This document shows positions 48,442 through 59,505 of a stretch of DNA of 64,000 bases, piece by piece. Source of the stretch: an uncultured Bacteroidales bacterium (lineage in GTDB: Bacteria > Bacteroidota > Bacteroidia > Bacteroidales > CAZJKL01); contig CAZJKL010000001.1 of assembly GCA_964546655.1 (NCBI GenBank), positions 2,093 to 66,092 of the forward strand. Direction: 5' to 3'. The notes beneath the pieces are model-generated. The model was not told where the DNA came from, searched no databases, and worked only from the letters and a program-made list of their open reading frames with translations. Made by a program: the position numbers and the translations under genes. Position 1 is the first letter of the stretch. Each line of letters starts with the position of its first letter.

Positions 48442-48533
48442 CTTTTTTTATTTGGAATATTAATAATTTAATCCTAATTTTTTTAATTTTAAATTGAAAT
48501 ATTTTTATTTTTGTTAAATAAAAAATTTAAAAA

Positions 48534-49025
48534 GTGCCAAAAAAGATTCGAGTAAAAGTTCGTAAAATAATTGACAAAAAAGTAAACTTATCTACATTAA
48601 AAAAACAATTAATAAAGTTTACTCTAATCGGATTATTAGCTGTTTTTGTTGATATGGCAAGTTATTATGTTCTATTAAATATCTTTCCTCTTAAAATGTC
48701 GAGTTTTTTTAGCAATGAAGCTATCGCTAAAACACTTTCATTTATTTGCGGTATGAGTATTACTTATACTTTTAATAAACTTTGGACTTGGAAAAAAAGC
48801 GACAAATCTAAAAAAAGATTTGCCAAATTTGCATGTTTATACGGAGCATCATTGATAATTAATGTTTCGGTTAATTCATTTTTATTATATTTATTATACG
48901 ATAAAAAAGAATTAATTGATTTGCCTTTTAAATACCTAATTGCATTTATTGGTGCAACAGGAATAAGTGCTTCTGTTAATTTCATTGGACAAAAAACTTG
49001 GGTTTTCAAATCTGTTATAGAATAG
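48534..49025 (+). CDS. GtrA family polyprenyl-phosphate-sugar flippase
   Basis: QLIKFTLIG, TYTFNKLWTW and VNFIGQKTWVF; 4 TM segments. Confidence 0.9.
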   Translation: MPKKIRVKVRKIIDKKVNLSTLKKQLIKFTLIGLLAVFVDMASYYVLLNIFPLKMSSFFSNEAIAKTLSFICGMSITYTFNKLWTWKKSDKSKKRFAKFACLYGASLIINVSVNSFLLYLLYDKKELIDLPFKYLIAFIGATGISASVNFIGQKTWVFKSVIE

Positions 49026-49178
49026 TGTTAATCTATCTTTCAAAAAAAAACACCAATTACGATTATTTTAAAATATAAATCAATAGTCTATTACAAACTA
49101 ATTTGATTTTAATTTTTTATTAGTTTTATTTTTAATTAATGTTTTTATATTTTTACCAAGATTTAACTTTAATATAAT

Positions 49179-50108
49179 ATGCTAAAAGATAAACCCATAA
49201 TTTTTCAATTATTTACACTTGTTTTTTTGTTCCTTTTTTCATTATTAGTAGTTCAAACAATAAGCTTTTTTATTGCAATACCTTTGTTTAATATTAATTT
49301 ATTTACAACTCCTGAAATAATTTATAGCTTTGATAAAGAAGGAGTTATAAATTTAAATCGATTTATACAAGTACTAACATTTATTTTTGCTTTTATTTTA
49401 TTTTCGCTTCTTTTTACAAAAGCAATTTCGGATAATACTTTTGAATTTTTAAAATTAAATAAAATACCCAATATTGTGAGTATAATTATTGTTTCATTAA
49501 TTATAATTTCATACTCACCATTAGTTGATTGGTTAGGAATTATTAATTCGAAAATGCATTTTCCAAAATATTTAATTTGGGTTGAAAAATGGATGAGAGA
49601 TATGGAAATTAGTAATGGAAATATTTCACGAGCTTTATTGTCTGGAAACACCATATATTATTTAATGCTAAATTTATTTATTATAGCAGTTCTTCCTGCG
49701 ATTGGAGAAGAATTATTGTTTCGAGGTATTTTGCAAAATCGTATGATAAAAATTACAGACAATGTTCATTGGGGAATTTTTATAACAGGTTTTATTTTTA
49801 GTGCTTTTCATTTCCAGTTTTTTGGATTTATTCCACGACTTTTATTAGGTGTTGTTTTTGGATATATTTTTTATTGGAGCAATAGCCTAATTCTTCCTAT
49901 GATAGCACACTTTTTAAATAATGGAATTGCCGTTGTTGTTGTATATTTTTATGGAACCGAAAATTCTTTTATTGATATTCAGAATAATAATGTTGATATT
50001 TCTTATGTTCAGGTAATTTTAAGTGCTATATCGGTTTTTGTTTTATTATTTTTATTATACAATAATGAAAAAGATGGGATGAGGTCGTTAAAAGAAAAAT
50101 TTTCATAG
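49179..50108 (+). CDS. CPBP (CAAX/Abi) family intramembrane metalloprotease
   Basis: EELLFRG, FSAFH and HFLNN motifs. Confidence 0.92.
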   Translation: MLKDKPIIFQLFTLVFLFLFSLLVVQTISFFIAIPLFNINLFTTPEIIYSFDKEGVINLNRFIQVLTFIFAFILFSLLFTKAISDNTFEFLKLNKIPNIVSIIIVSLIIISYSPLVDWLGIINSKMHFPKYLIWVEKWMRDMEISNGNISRALLSGNTIYYLMLNLFIIAVLPAIGEELLFRGILQNRMIKITDNVHWGIFITGFIFSAFHFQFFGFIPRLLLGVVFGYIFYWSNSLILPMIAHFLNNGIAVVVVYFYGTENSFIDIQNNNVDISYVQVILSAISVFVLLFLLYNNEKDGMRSLKEKFS

Positions 50109-50243
50109 ATTTATAATTAAACTTTAAAGTTTGTAGTAGTAACCAAACAACTAATTATTAATATCTATTATATAATATATTTATTTTTTTTGCGTTTCAC
50201 TTTTTTACTAAAATATTATAATCAATAAAAACACATATAACTA

Positions 50244-51347
50244 ATGAAAAATTATTATTTTATTATCTCTTTTCTGTTTACTTTTATTTTTTTCTCTTGT
50301 TCTAAAGATGAAAATCTTGAAGTACTACCAAAATATCATTACTTCAATGGTAAAATAGGTGTTAACGATAAATCTACGGTTTTTTCAAATGATGGTAATG
50401 TAATTATTTGTGGAAGATACAATGATAATCTTTTTATTCTAAAAACATCAAATGCTGGTAAAGTAATATGGCGAAAAGAATATTATAAAAGTGGTAATAC
50501 AATACCTTCAATTATTGAAGTTGAAAGTGGTGAATTATATATGTGTGATGCAAATTCACTTTTATTTAAATTGAATTCGCAAGGAGATACTTTATGGACA
50601 AAACAAATTAATGCCAATTCAAACTTTATAGTTACTGATTTAATAGAAACAGCAGACGGGAATATTATTCTATCTAAATACGATAAAAACTATGGATATG
50701 ATTCTGAATTATATAAAGTAGATTCAAATGGTAATATATTATGGATGAAACAAGTTTTACATAAAGTAATTACTCGAATTGTAGAATTGAATAATGGTGA
50801 AATAATCACTTCTGGATATAATGGAAATGGGTTAAGTGGAAAGACCTTAATTCTATCAAAATATGATTCTACTGGGTCAGAAATTTGGAGTAATTCTTCT
50901 TATGATATCCCATTGTCTACTAATATAAATTCACTCATTAGGTTGCCTTCTGGTGAGTTAATGATGTCTGGTAATTGTCAATATGGAGGCACATATGATA
51001 GTGAAGGACACCGTAATCCTGTTAGTAGCTCACCAGAAAATTTTTATTTGTTTAAATTTGACAACTCTGGAAACTTGGTGTTTTCTAAAACATACGGGCT
51101 AGGAAGTGCTTATTCTATGAAAAAGAATAATGATGACACATTTACTATTATTGGAAATATTGAAACAGAAGTTGGGATTTTGAAAATTGATAAAGATGGT
51201 AATAAACTTTTGTGGAAAAAAACCGGAGATGTTACATCAGGAATGTTTTCGAATATTGTTAAGGATAATGAAAATAACATAATTACAGGAAATTACAATG
51301 GAAGTGTTTGTATGATAATTACTGACAATAATGGTGTTTTTAAGTAA
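50244..51347 (+). CDS. Lipoprotein with beta-propeller repeats
   Basis: Lipobox FFS|C; six L-x-K-x-[DN/S]-x-x-G-x-x-x-[WF]-x-K type repeats. Confidence 0.75.
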   Translation: MKNYYFIISFLFTFIFFSCSKDENLEVLPKYHYFNGKIGVNDKSTVFSNDGNVIICGRYNDNLFILKTSNAGKVIWRKEYYKSGNTIPSIIEVESGELYMCDANSLLFKLNSQGDTLWTKQINANSNFIVTDLIETADGNIILSKYDKNYGYDSELYKVDSNGNILWMKQVLHKVITRIVELNNGEIITSGYNGNGLSGKTLILSKYDSTGSEIWSNSSYDIPLSTNINSLIRLPSGELMMSGNCQYGGTYDSEGHRNPVSSSPENFYLFKFDNSGNLVFSKTYGLGSAYSMKKNNDDTFTIIGNIETEVGILKIDKDGNKLLWKKTGDVTSGMFSNIVKDNENNIITGNYNGSVCMIITDNNGVFK

Positions 51348-51666
51348 TATTTTTTTAAAAAAAAACATGATGATATATATATTAAACTAAAATATTTATA
51401 TTTTGTGTCTAAAATACCTAATATGATATTTAATTATTTTACTAAATTTATTGTTTAAACTTTTGACTTATTTTAGGACAAAAGACTATTTAAAGATGGC
51501 AACAATCCATAACTAAACAGATACAATATTAATATATGCTATTGGATTGCAGAAGAAATCCTGACGATAAGAAAATAGGTAAACTAGTAAGTAGAAAATA
51601 AGTTTTTAAAACTATTTATTAAAATAATATTATATTTGTAGTAATTGAAATTAAAGATTATTATTA

Positions 51667-52011
51667 ATGACAAACGATTGGAAAAGCAGATTAGGCGTTG
51701 TTTATTCAACAAGTCAAAGTTTTCAATATGAAAATGGAGAGCAAGAAGAAGCAGAAACATTACCTAACAAACAGCAAAATTTAAAAATTTGTTTAGATAA
51801 AAAACAAAGAAAAGGCAAAGAAGTTACTTTAATAACAGGATTTGTTGGTAAATACGATGATTTAAATGAGTTAGCTAAAAAGCTTAAAACAAAATGCGGT
51901 GTTGGTGGTACGTGTAAAGATGGCGAAATATTAATTCAAGGTAGTTTTGTCGAAAAAATTATGGGTATTTTAATTTCCGAAGGTTATAAAGTTAAAAAAA
52001 TAGGTGGGTAA
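51667..52011 (+). CDS. yciH: SUI1/eIF1-like translation initiation factor
   Basis: RKGKEVTLITGF, LKTKCGVGGTCKDGEILIQG; TATATTTG motif at 51631. Confidence 0.92.
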   Translation: MTNDWKSRLGVVYSTSQSFQYENGEQEEAETLPNKQQNLKICLDKKQRKGKEVTLITGFVGKYDDLNELAKKLKTKCGVGGTCKDGEILIQGSFVEKIMGILISEGYKVKKIGG

Positions 52012-52021
52012 TTAAATATCT

Positions 52022-52519
52022 ATGAAAGAAAAAATTGAAGAAATATTAAACGAATTTGATTTAACACCATCTAGGTTTGCCGATATTATTCAAGTGCAAA
52101 GGTCTAGTATTTCTCATATAATTTCTGGTCGAAATAAACCAAGCCTCGATTTTATTCAAAAAATATTAATTGCTTTTCCCGAAATAAATACCGACTGGTT
52201 ATTGTTAAATAAAGGCGATATTTTTAATAAAAACCAAGATAATACTAAAAGCATAAATACAAACATAAATACAAATACTTCAAATATAACCAATGAAGAA
52301 ACTGTTGTAAATAACCAAATTCCTAATTACAATCAAACAAACATTAATTTAAAAAACATTCAATTAGAAGATACACCAATAAATTATACTCCGAAAACAG
52401 AAGAAGCCCCAATATCAAAACCCCATAAACATGTTCCCGAAATTGAAACAGAAGAAGAAAAAACAATAGAGAAAATAGTTTTCTTTTATACCGATGGAAC
52501 ATTTAAAATTTACACATAA
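52022..52519 (+). CDS. XRE-family helix-turn-helix protein
   Basis: FADIIQVQRSSISHIISGRNKPSLDF HTH; Asn/Thr-rich linker; C-terminal IEKIVFFYTDGTFKIY. Confidence 0.88.
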   Translation: MKEKIEEILNEFDLTPSRFADIIQVQRSSISHIISGRNKPSLDFIQKILIAFPEINTDWLLLNKGDIFNKNQDNTKSINTNINTNTSNITNEETVVNNQIPNYNQTNINLKNIQLEDTPINYTPKTEEAPISKPHKHVPEIETEEEKTIEKIVFFYTDGTFKIYT

Positions 52520-52534
52520 AAACAATACATTTTT

Positions 52535-53005
52535 ATGAACATAATAATTTTATTAATAGGAAAAACCAAAGAAAAATTTATCGAAGAAGGTTTTAAAAAG
52601 TACGAAGAAAAATTAAAACATTATATACCAATAAAAGTAAATTTTTTAACCGAAATAAAAGCAAGTAACTCTTTAACAATTAAAAGTTTAAAAGAAAAAG
52701 AAGGAGAGTTAATAATAAAAAACATACCCAAAGAATCAATAGTTTATTTGTTAGACGAATTAGGAGAAAACTATAATTCGAAAGAGTTTTCAAATTTTAT
52801 TCAGAAAAACCTTAATAGCTCAATAAAAAATGTAGTTTTTATAATAGGAGGGGCTTTTGGTTTTAGCGATGAAATTTATAAAACATATAAAAATAAAATA
52901 GCATTATCAAAAATGACATTTACACATGAAATGTGTCGGTTGTTCCTAATAGAGCAGATATACCGAGCATTCACTATAATAAAAAATGAACAATACCATC
53001 ATTAA
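52535..53005 (+). CDS. rlmH: 23S rRNA (pseudouridine1915-N3)-methyltransferase
   Basis: FIIGGAFGF, LSKMTFTHEMCRLFLIEQIYRA and QYHH motifs. Confidence 0.96.
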   Translation: MNIIILLIGKTKEKFIEEGFKKYEEKLKHYIPIKVNFLTEIKASNSLTIKSLKEKEGELIIKNIPKESIVYLLDELGENYNSKEFSNFIQKNLNSSIKNVVFIIGGAFGFSDEIYKTYKNKIALSKMTFTHEMCRLFLIEQIYRAFTIIKNEQYHH

Positions 53006-53054
53006 GTTTAAATAATATTAATAAATTTGTTTTTTAATTTTAAATAATAAGAAT

Positions 53055-54329
53055 ATGAAAAATACTAATGTGGCTTTTTTAATAGTAACAGTTGTTGTTT
53101 TAGGCTTGTTTTCAATGTCTTTTACAAAAATTACAGGAGAAGATGAAAATATTATAAATCAAGGTCAAAACGTAAAGAAAAAATTTAAAAAAGTTATTAA
53201 ATATAAATACTATAGCGATATAATTGTTTTAGAAGGAAATATAAATAAAGGTAAAGACAAATACAATTTAATATTAGATACTGGAGCACCAATGGTTATC
53301 TCAAAATCATTAGCCGAAGCATTAGGATTAAAAAAATTAGAAGCAAAAATAGACAATAGCGGATGGGCTTCAATAACCGGAGATATTGTTGCACTTGATA
53401 ATTTTAAGTTTTATGGATTAAAATATACCAACCTTGTTGCTATGGTTGTTGATTACTCGAAAATGGGATATTTAAATTGTTTAGGAAAAGACGGAATGGT
53501 TGGAGCAAACTTAATGAATAAAGGACTAGTTCAAATTAACTATTTTGATTCAACATTAACAGTAGCTAATAATTTAGATAAAATGAAATATGTTAATGAT
53601 GCAATACCTGTTAAATTTACCACTTCACCACAAGGTTCTCCTTCAATAAAAGTAGTTGTTAACGATAGCATCACTATGGATTTACTTATAGATACTGGCC
53701 ACAATGGTTCAATAACATTAGCTTCGAAAAGCTTTACAAAAAGCCTTGATAAATTAGGTTCAAATGAAAAAGCAGTTAGTTATGGTAAAACAATGCTAAC
53801 AGCGAAAGGAACCGATGAAATGCAAAAACAAGTTCAAACATACTTGTTAAAATTAAAATCACTTCAATTAGGCAATGAAAAAATTGAAAATTTACCTGTT
53901 AAATTAGACAATTCTATAAGCTTAAATGATAATTCGGGTTTAATTGGTAATAAATTTTTAAAACATTTTATTATAACAATTGATTGGAGTACAAGCACAA
54001 TGTATTTTTATCGTGATACTAGGGTGAAATTAGAAGACAATCAAGATTCATACGGACTTTCTTATGTTCCTGCTTCAAAAGAAGCACTTATGGTAAGCAC
54101 AATTTGGGAAAATACACAAGCCGAAAAAGTTGGAATAATACCAGGCGATATTATAGTATCTTTAAATGGTAAAAAAACAAGTGAAGTATTACAAAATTTT
54201 GATGTGTGTGCATTTTATCGCGGAGAATTTAGATTCACAGATCCAAAAGACACTTCAACAAATATTACTATATTAAGAAACGGTCAAGAAATAGTTTTTA
54301 CATTGCAAAAAGAAAAATTATTCAAATAA
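53055..54329 (+). CDS. Exported double-retropepsin aspartyl protease with C-terminal PDZ domain
   Basis: ILDTGA and LIDTGH catalytic motifs, GLIGNKFL flap region, AEKVGIIPGDIIVSLNG PDZ segment. Confidence 0.88.
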   Translation: MKNTNVAFLIVTVVVLGLFSMSFTKITGEDENIINQGQNVKKKFKKVIKYKYYSDIIVLEGNINKGKDKYNLILDTGAPMVISKSLAEALGLKKLEAKIDNSGWASITGDIVALDNFKFYGLKYTNLVAMVVDYSKMGYLNCLGKDGMVGANLMNKGLVQINYFDSTLTVANNLDKMKYVNDAIPVKFTTSPQGSPSIKVVVNDSITMDLLIDTGHNGSITLASKSFTKSLDKLGSNEKAVSYGKTMLTAKGTDEMQKQVQTYLLKLKSLQLGNEKIENLPVKLDNSISLNDNSGLIGNKFLKHFIITIDWSTSTMYFYRDTRVKLEDNQDSYGLSYVPASKEALMVSTIWENTQAEKVGIIPGDIIVSLNGKKTSEVLQNFDVCAFYRGEFRFTDPKDTSTNITILRNGQEIVFTLQKEKLFK

Positions 54330-54350
54330 AATATTTTTAAGTTTGAAATT

Positions 54351-54376
54351 AAAAGGGTGGTTTTTATCACCCTTTT
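54351..54376. terminator. Bidirectional intrinsic terminator
   Basis: aaaagggtg / caccctttt stem with T runs on both strands, between convergent genes. Confidence 0.8.
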
Positions 54377-54393
54377 TTATTTCATATAACTTA

Positions 54394-56721
54394 TTAAAAT
54401 TCAATTCTATAGCTTAAGTTTGGAATAACTAATTGATTAATATCTTTCAAGATTTTATTCTGGGTTTTATCAAAATAATAACGAGTCAATTCTTTATAAC
54501 CTAATAAATTAATAAAACTAAATTCAAAAACACTCGAATGTTTTAACTTGTTCTTGCGATAAACAATAGAAATAGATATTACTTGTGCATCTGATTTATT
54601 TTTAGAAAATGCTTTTGTTGTATCTTCAACTATAGTTTTTAATAAATAACTTTGTTCTTCATTAATAGGAGTTGTTTTATCTCCACCCATAGCACACAAT
54701 TTTAAGTTAAAGCTAAATAAATTATTTTTTTCCTTACCTACTGCCCATTCTTTTCCACCAAGAATATTTATAACATAGTTTTTGTTAAATCTTGTATTAC
54801 GCTCAATATTGTCACCACCAGTATATTTCGAATCAAATAATGAAGCTGTTAATAAATAATAAATACCTTTGCTAAAGAATTTTTCATAAGTAATATCAAT
54901 TCCATAATTTTTACCAGAGCCTTTATTTACCAGAGAATCATTAAAATACATTTCATTTTCAAGATTTATCAAAGAATAATATGAATTTGGAATAACCGGA
55001 ACTTTAAATAAATATTGATAATAAGGTTCAATTTTTAAACGTGAATTAGAATTTAATTTTATTTCGTAAGAAAGAATTAAATGATTAGATTTAGAAAAAT
55101 CAAGATTTTTATTAGGCATTTCGCCATTAATATTTGTAAAATAAAAGTTTAATAACTCCATCTGACTATGTAATCCGTATGAAATTCCAATATTTTGTTG
55201 TGAATTAGGTTTATAGATAAATCCAACTCTTGGTTCAAAAGAATTTCTATTGTTTAATGTAAGTAATTGATAATGAATACCTATATTAAAATCAAGCTTT
55301 TCGGATAAGGTTATTTTAGATTGTGAAAATAAATGAATAAAGTATGAATAACCTTTGTTGTCTACAATTGGATTTAAATCATTAATAACAGAATCATAAG
55401 AAGCAAAAAACATATTATACTGTAGGCGATCTATATTTATTCCTGTCTTATTACTGTGTTTAGAATTGAATTTATAATTTAAGTTTGAATTAAATGTTAC
55501 TTTAGATGTGTTGTTGTTAATTTTATCGGTATGGTTTAAATTTAAATTGTTATTATAATTGTATTTATTTAATAATAATCCATTTCCACTTAATGCTAAA
55601 TTGGTTTTTAGGTACGCTTTATCGCCAATATTAGATTTATTACTTACACCTACGGCTCCCATAAATAAATCTGTAGAATATTGTTCTTTATCAATATCAG
55701 ACTCCCAAGAAGCAGTATCATTTAAAGCATTTCTGCCCTGATAATCTAATGCACCAATACCCCAAAAAGAGAATGTGCCAATTTTATTAGTCGGAAAATT
55801 TAATTTAAATGATAAATCTTGATATTTTAATTTCCCCATTTCTGGAGGAAGAATTGGAGAAAGTAAACCAAAAGTTGAATATCTATAATTAAATAAATAA
55901 GACGATTTAGAATCTTTACAAAATGGCCCTTCAGATGAAAAATCAATTCCTGCAAGACCAACCTGAAAAGCACTTTCTCTTTTATCTTTATTACCATTAC
56001 GAAGTCTTAAGTCAAAAACTCCAGATAAAGCATTCCCATATTCAGCAGGAAAAGCACCTGTAAAGAAATCTGAATTATCAAGAACAAGACTACTTAAAGC
56101 AGTAATAGCACCCGCACCAAGCGTACCCATATTAGCAAAGTGACTTGGATTAGAAATTTCTACACCTTCAAATCTCCATAAAAGGCCTTTGGGAGCATTG
56201 CCCCTTATTACAATGCCATTATTGCTCATTGTACCTGATACTCCAGCAAATGATGAAGCTAAACGTGCTGGGTCGCTATAACCTCCTGCATATCTACTAG
56301 CTTCTTCAACTGTAAATTGACGAGCACTCATCATTGCCATTGAATTAATAGCTTCTGACTTGTCCGCTTTTACTGTAACCTGTTTAGTTAAGTTTGCAGT
56401 TTCTGTCATTTCAATTTTTAGTACAACTTCTTTTGCCGAATTTACTAGCAATTCGTTTATAATAATTGTTTGGTAACCAATAAAACTAATTTTAATATTA
56501 TATCTTCCAACAGGAACTTCATTTATGGTAAAATTTCCATCAAAGTCAGTTGTTGTTCCAATAATTGGGTTACTATTAATAATTGAGATAGAAGCTCCGG
56601 GTAAAGGAAGTTGCGTTTCTTTTTCTATAACATTTCCTTTAATGTTTTGCATTAAAGATTGAGCATCTAATTCTTTATAAAAGATAAAAAGAAAAAATGT
56701 AAAAATAAAAACTGCTTTCAT
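54394..56721 (-). CDS. TonB-dependent receptor
   Basis: LDA|QSL; LPGASI..TTDFDG..FIGY N-domain; DPARLASSFAGV and IVIRGNAP plug; DFFTGAFPAEYGNALSGVFD; ends PNLSYRIEF. Confidence 0.92.
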   Translation of the reverse strand: MKAVFIFTFFLFIFYKELDAQSLMQNIKGNVIEKETQLPLPGASISIINSNPIIGTTTDFDGNFTINEVPVGRYNIKISFIGYQTIIINELLVNSAKEVVLKIEMTETANLTKQVTVKADKSEAINSMAMMSARQFTVEEASRYAGGYSDPARLASSFAGVSGTMSNNGIVIRGNAPKGLLWRFEGVEISNPSHFANMGTLGAGAITALSSLVLDNSDFFTGAFPAEYGNALSGVFDLRLRNGNKDKRESAFQVGLAGIDFSSEGPFCKDSKSSYLFNYRYSTFGLLSPILPPEMGKLKYQDLSFKLNFPTNKIGTFSFWGIGALDYQGRNALNDTASWESDIDKEQYSTDLFMGAVGVSNKSNIGDKAYLKTNLALSGNGLLLNKYNYNNNLNLNHTDKINNNTSKVTFNSNLNYKFNSKHSNKTGINIDRLQYNMFFASYDSVINDLNPIVDNKGYSYFIHLFSQSKITLSEKLDFNIGIHYQLLTLNNRNSFEPRVGFIYKPNSQQNIGISYGLHSQMELLNFYFTNINGEMPNKNLDFSKSNHLILSYEIKLNSNSRLKIEPYYQYLFKVPVIPNSYYSLINLENEMYFNDSLVNKGSGKNYGIDITYEKFFSKGIYYLLTASLFDSKYTGGDNIERNTRFNKNYVINILGGKEWAVGKEKNNLFSFNLKLCAMGGDKTTPINEEQSYLLKTIVEDTTKAFSKNKSDAQVISISIVYRKNKLKHSSVFEFSFINLLGYKELTRYYFDKTQNKILKDINQLVIPNLSYRIEF

Positions 56722-56803
56722 TTGATTTTAAAATTATATATTTTTACAAAATTGATTAAAAATAATTATTAATACAATACTGATTTTTAAGTATTTTTAA
56801 ATT

Positions 56804-57571
56804 ATGACAAATAAGAAATTTGAAAAAATACAAGCCGAATATGATGGAGTATTTTCATTAATGCAATTTAAAGAAGAAAAATTAGACTACAGCATAATAC
56901 AGAAGCATATAGATTATCTAACACAAATAGATGAAAATTGCAATAGCATTTTCTTAATATTTGATTTATTCAAAAAGAAACATTTATTTATTTCGAAAAA
57001 TATTTCAAAAACTCTACACTTAGATTATATTTCTGCAAATGAAGATGATAAATATTTAGATATTAGAACTCATCCAGAAGATCTGCTTATGCTTTATGAG
57101 ACAGGAGTTTATTTTCTGAAATATGCTATTTCTCTTCCATTAGAAAGTAAAAAAAATGCAAAATTGGTAAATGAATACCGCATTCTTAATGGGCAAGGGG
57201 AGTATGTTAAAATAGTAGAGCAACAAAGTTGTTTAGAAATGGATAAAAGTGGAAATGTATGGTTAGCGTTGGGAATTATTGATATCTCATTAAACCAAGA
57301 AAAAAATTTTAGATTTCAAAGTCGATTAATAACAATGGGAACAAATGAAGTTTTTACTTTTCCTCCCAAAACAAATAAAGATATTTTAACACTGAGAGAA
57401 ACTGAAATATTAGGTTTAATTGCTAAAGGTCTAATAAGTAAACAAATAGCTGATAAATTATTTATTAGCGTAAATACTGTAAATACACACCGGCAAAGAA
57501 TAATAGAAAAACTTAATACAGGCAATATAATAGAAGCTATAAATTATGCTTCATCAAAAGGGATCATTTGA
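56804..57571 (+). CDS. LuxR-family regulator with PAS-like sensor domain
   Basis: LTLRETEILGLIAKGLISKQIADKLFISVNTVNTHR HTH; THPED PAS-like motif; divergent from the TonB-dependent receptor. Confidence 0.9.
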   Translation: MTNKKFEKIQAEYDGVFSLMQFKEEKLDYSIIQKHIDYLTQIDENCNSIFLIFDLFKKKHLFISKNISKTLHLDYISANEDDKYLDIRTHPEDLLMLYETGVYFLKYAISLPLESKKNAKLVNEYRILNGQGEYVKIVEQQSCLEMDKSGNVWLALGIIDISLNQEKNFRFQSRLITMGTNEVFTFPPKTNKDILTLRETEILGLIAKGLISKQIADKLFISVNTVNTHRQRIIEKLNTGNIIEAINYASSKGII

Positions 57572-57697
57572 AAAATTATTTTTTAAGAATTTAGATATTT
57601 ATTTAATTAAATATTAACAATTTTTATTTGATAAATTAAAGATAATATAGTGTTATATAATTTAACATTTGAGTAAATTTGTCCAAAATTGAAATAA

Positions 57698-59485
57698 ATG
57701 AAGAACAAAAGAAATTTTTGTATTATCGCACATATTGATCATGGGAAAAGCACTCTGGCAGACAGATTATTAGAGTTTACAAAAACTTTATCAGACAGAG
57801 ACAGAAGAGATCAATTTTTAGATAATATGGATCTAGAAAGAGAAAGAGGCATAACTATAAAAAGTCATGCTATTGTTATGGATTATGAATTAGATGGTCA
57901 AAAATATCAGTTGAATTTAATTGACACCCCTGGCCATGTCGATTTTTCTTATGAAGTATCACGTTCAATAGCTGCTTGTGAAGGAGCTTTATTGGTTGTT
58001 GATGCGGCACAAGGTATTCAGGCTCAAACGATTTCAAATTTATATCTAGCTTTAGAAAATGATTTAGAAATTATACCTGTAATTAACAAAATTGACCTTC
58101 CTAATGCAATGCCCGAAGAAGTTGAAGATCAAATTATCGATTTAATTGGTTGTGATAGAGAAGATATAATTCATGCAAGTGCAAAATCAGGTTTGGGAAT
58201 TGATGAAATTTTAGCTCAAATTATAAAAAAGATACCTGCTCCAAAAGGAGATGCTAGTGCTCCTTTACAAGCATTAATTTTTGATTCAGAATACAATTCA
58301 TATAAAGGAGTTATTGCTTATTTTAGAGTATTTAACGGAACAATTCACAAAGGTGAACATGTTAAGTTTATTAATACTCAAAAAGATTATTATGCCGAAG
58401 ACATTGGATTCTTAAAACTTGCTCATTTTTCGAAAGATAAAATTGAAGCAGGAGAGATAGGTTATATAATGTCGGGAATTAAAGATGCTCGTGAAGTAAA
58501 GGTTGGTGATACTATAACAGCAGTTAAAAACCCAAGTAATGATGCTATTGGTGGTTTTAAAGATGTTAAACCAATGGTTTATGCTGGTATTTATCCTGTT
58601 GATACTGACGATTTTGAAGAATTAAGAGCTTCTCTCGAAAAATTGCAATTAAATGATGCTTCTATTGTTTTTGAACCAGAAACATCTGCGGCTCTTGGTT
58701 TTGGTTTTAGATGCGGCTTTTTAGGAATGCTTCACCTTGAAATTATTCAGGAACGACTTGAGCGTGAATTTGAAATGACTGTTATTACAACTGTTCCAAA
58801 CGTTTCGTATCATGCATATATGAGCAATGGAACCGAAAAAATAATTAATACACCTTCGGATTTACCAGAACCAAACTATTTAGATAGAGTTGAAGAACCT
58901 TACATAAATGCTCAAATTATTACAAAATCTGAATATATAGGTTCAATAATTAAATTATGTATCGAAAAAAGAGGCACTTTTAAAAATCAGGTTTACATTA
59001 CAACCGATAGAGTTGAACTTACTTTTGATGTCCCTTTAGCCGAAGTAGTTTTCGACTTTTACGATAAATTAAAAACAGTATCAAGAGGTTATGCATCTTT
59101 CGATTATCATATTTCGGGTTACAGACCATCTGATTTGGTTAAATTAGATATTATGCTTAATGGCGATATGGTTGATGCCCTTTCGGCTCTTATTCATAAA
59201 GAAAATGCTTATCATTTAGGTCGAAGAATGACCGAAAAATTAAGAAAAATTATCCCAAGACAACAGTTTGATATTGCTATTCAGGCAAGTATAGGAGCAA
59301 AAATTATTGCTAGAGAAACTGTTAAAGCAGTTAGAAAAGATGTAACTGCTAAATGTTATGGCGGTGATATTACTCGTAAGCGTAAGCTTTTAGAAAAACA
59401 AAAGAAAGGTAAGAAGAGAATGAGACAAATTGGTAATGTTGAAGTACCACAAAAAGCTTTCCTAGCAATATTAGAAGTTGATTAA
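57698..59485 (+). CDS. lepA: Elongation factor 4
   Basis: [36 protein letters not shown] and KCYGGD; TAAATTTG motif at 57674. Confidence 0.99.
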   Translation: MKNKRNFCIIAHIDHGKSTLADRLLEFTKTLSDRDRRDQFLDNMDLERERGITIKSHAIVMDYELDGQKYQLNLIDTPGHVDFSYEVSRSIAACEGALLVVDAAQGIQAQTISNLYLALENDLEIIPVINKIDLPNAMPEEVEDQIIDLIGCDREDIIHASAKSGLGIDEILAQIIKKIPAPKGDASAPLQALIFDSEYNSYKGVIAYFRVFNGTIHKGEHVKFINTQKDYYAEDIGFLKLAHFSKDKIEAGEIGYIMSGIKDAREVKVGDTITAVKNPSNDAIGGFKDVKPMVYAGIYPVDTDDFEELRASLEKLQLNDASIVFEPETSAALGFGFRCGFLGMLHLEIIQERLEREFEMTVITTVPNVSYHAYMSNGTEKIINTPSDLPEPNYLDRVEEPYINAQIITKSEYIGSIIKLCIEKRGTFKNQVYITTDRVELTFDVPLAEVVFDFYDKLKTVSRGYASFDYHISGYRPSDLVKLDIMLNGDMVDALSALIHKENAYHLGRRMTEKLRKIIPRQQFDIAIQASIGAKIIARETVKAVRKDVTAKCYGGDITRKRKLLEKQKKGKKRMRQIGNVEVPQKAFLAILEVD

Positions 59486-59505
59486 TAAAATAATAATTAC
59501 TATAT

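Noticed and set aside
51667-52011. Eukaryote-like eIF1/SUI1 as horizontal transfer
   Set aside because: YciH/SUI1 homologs are a normal bacterial family.
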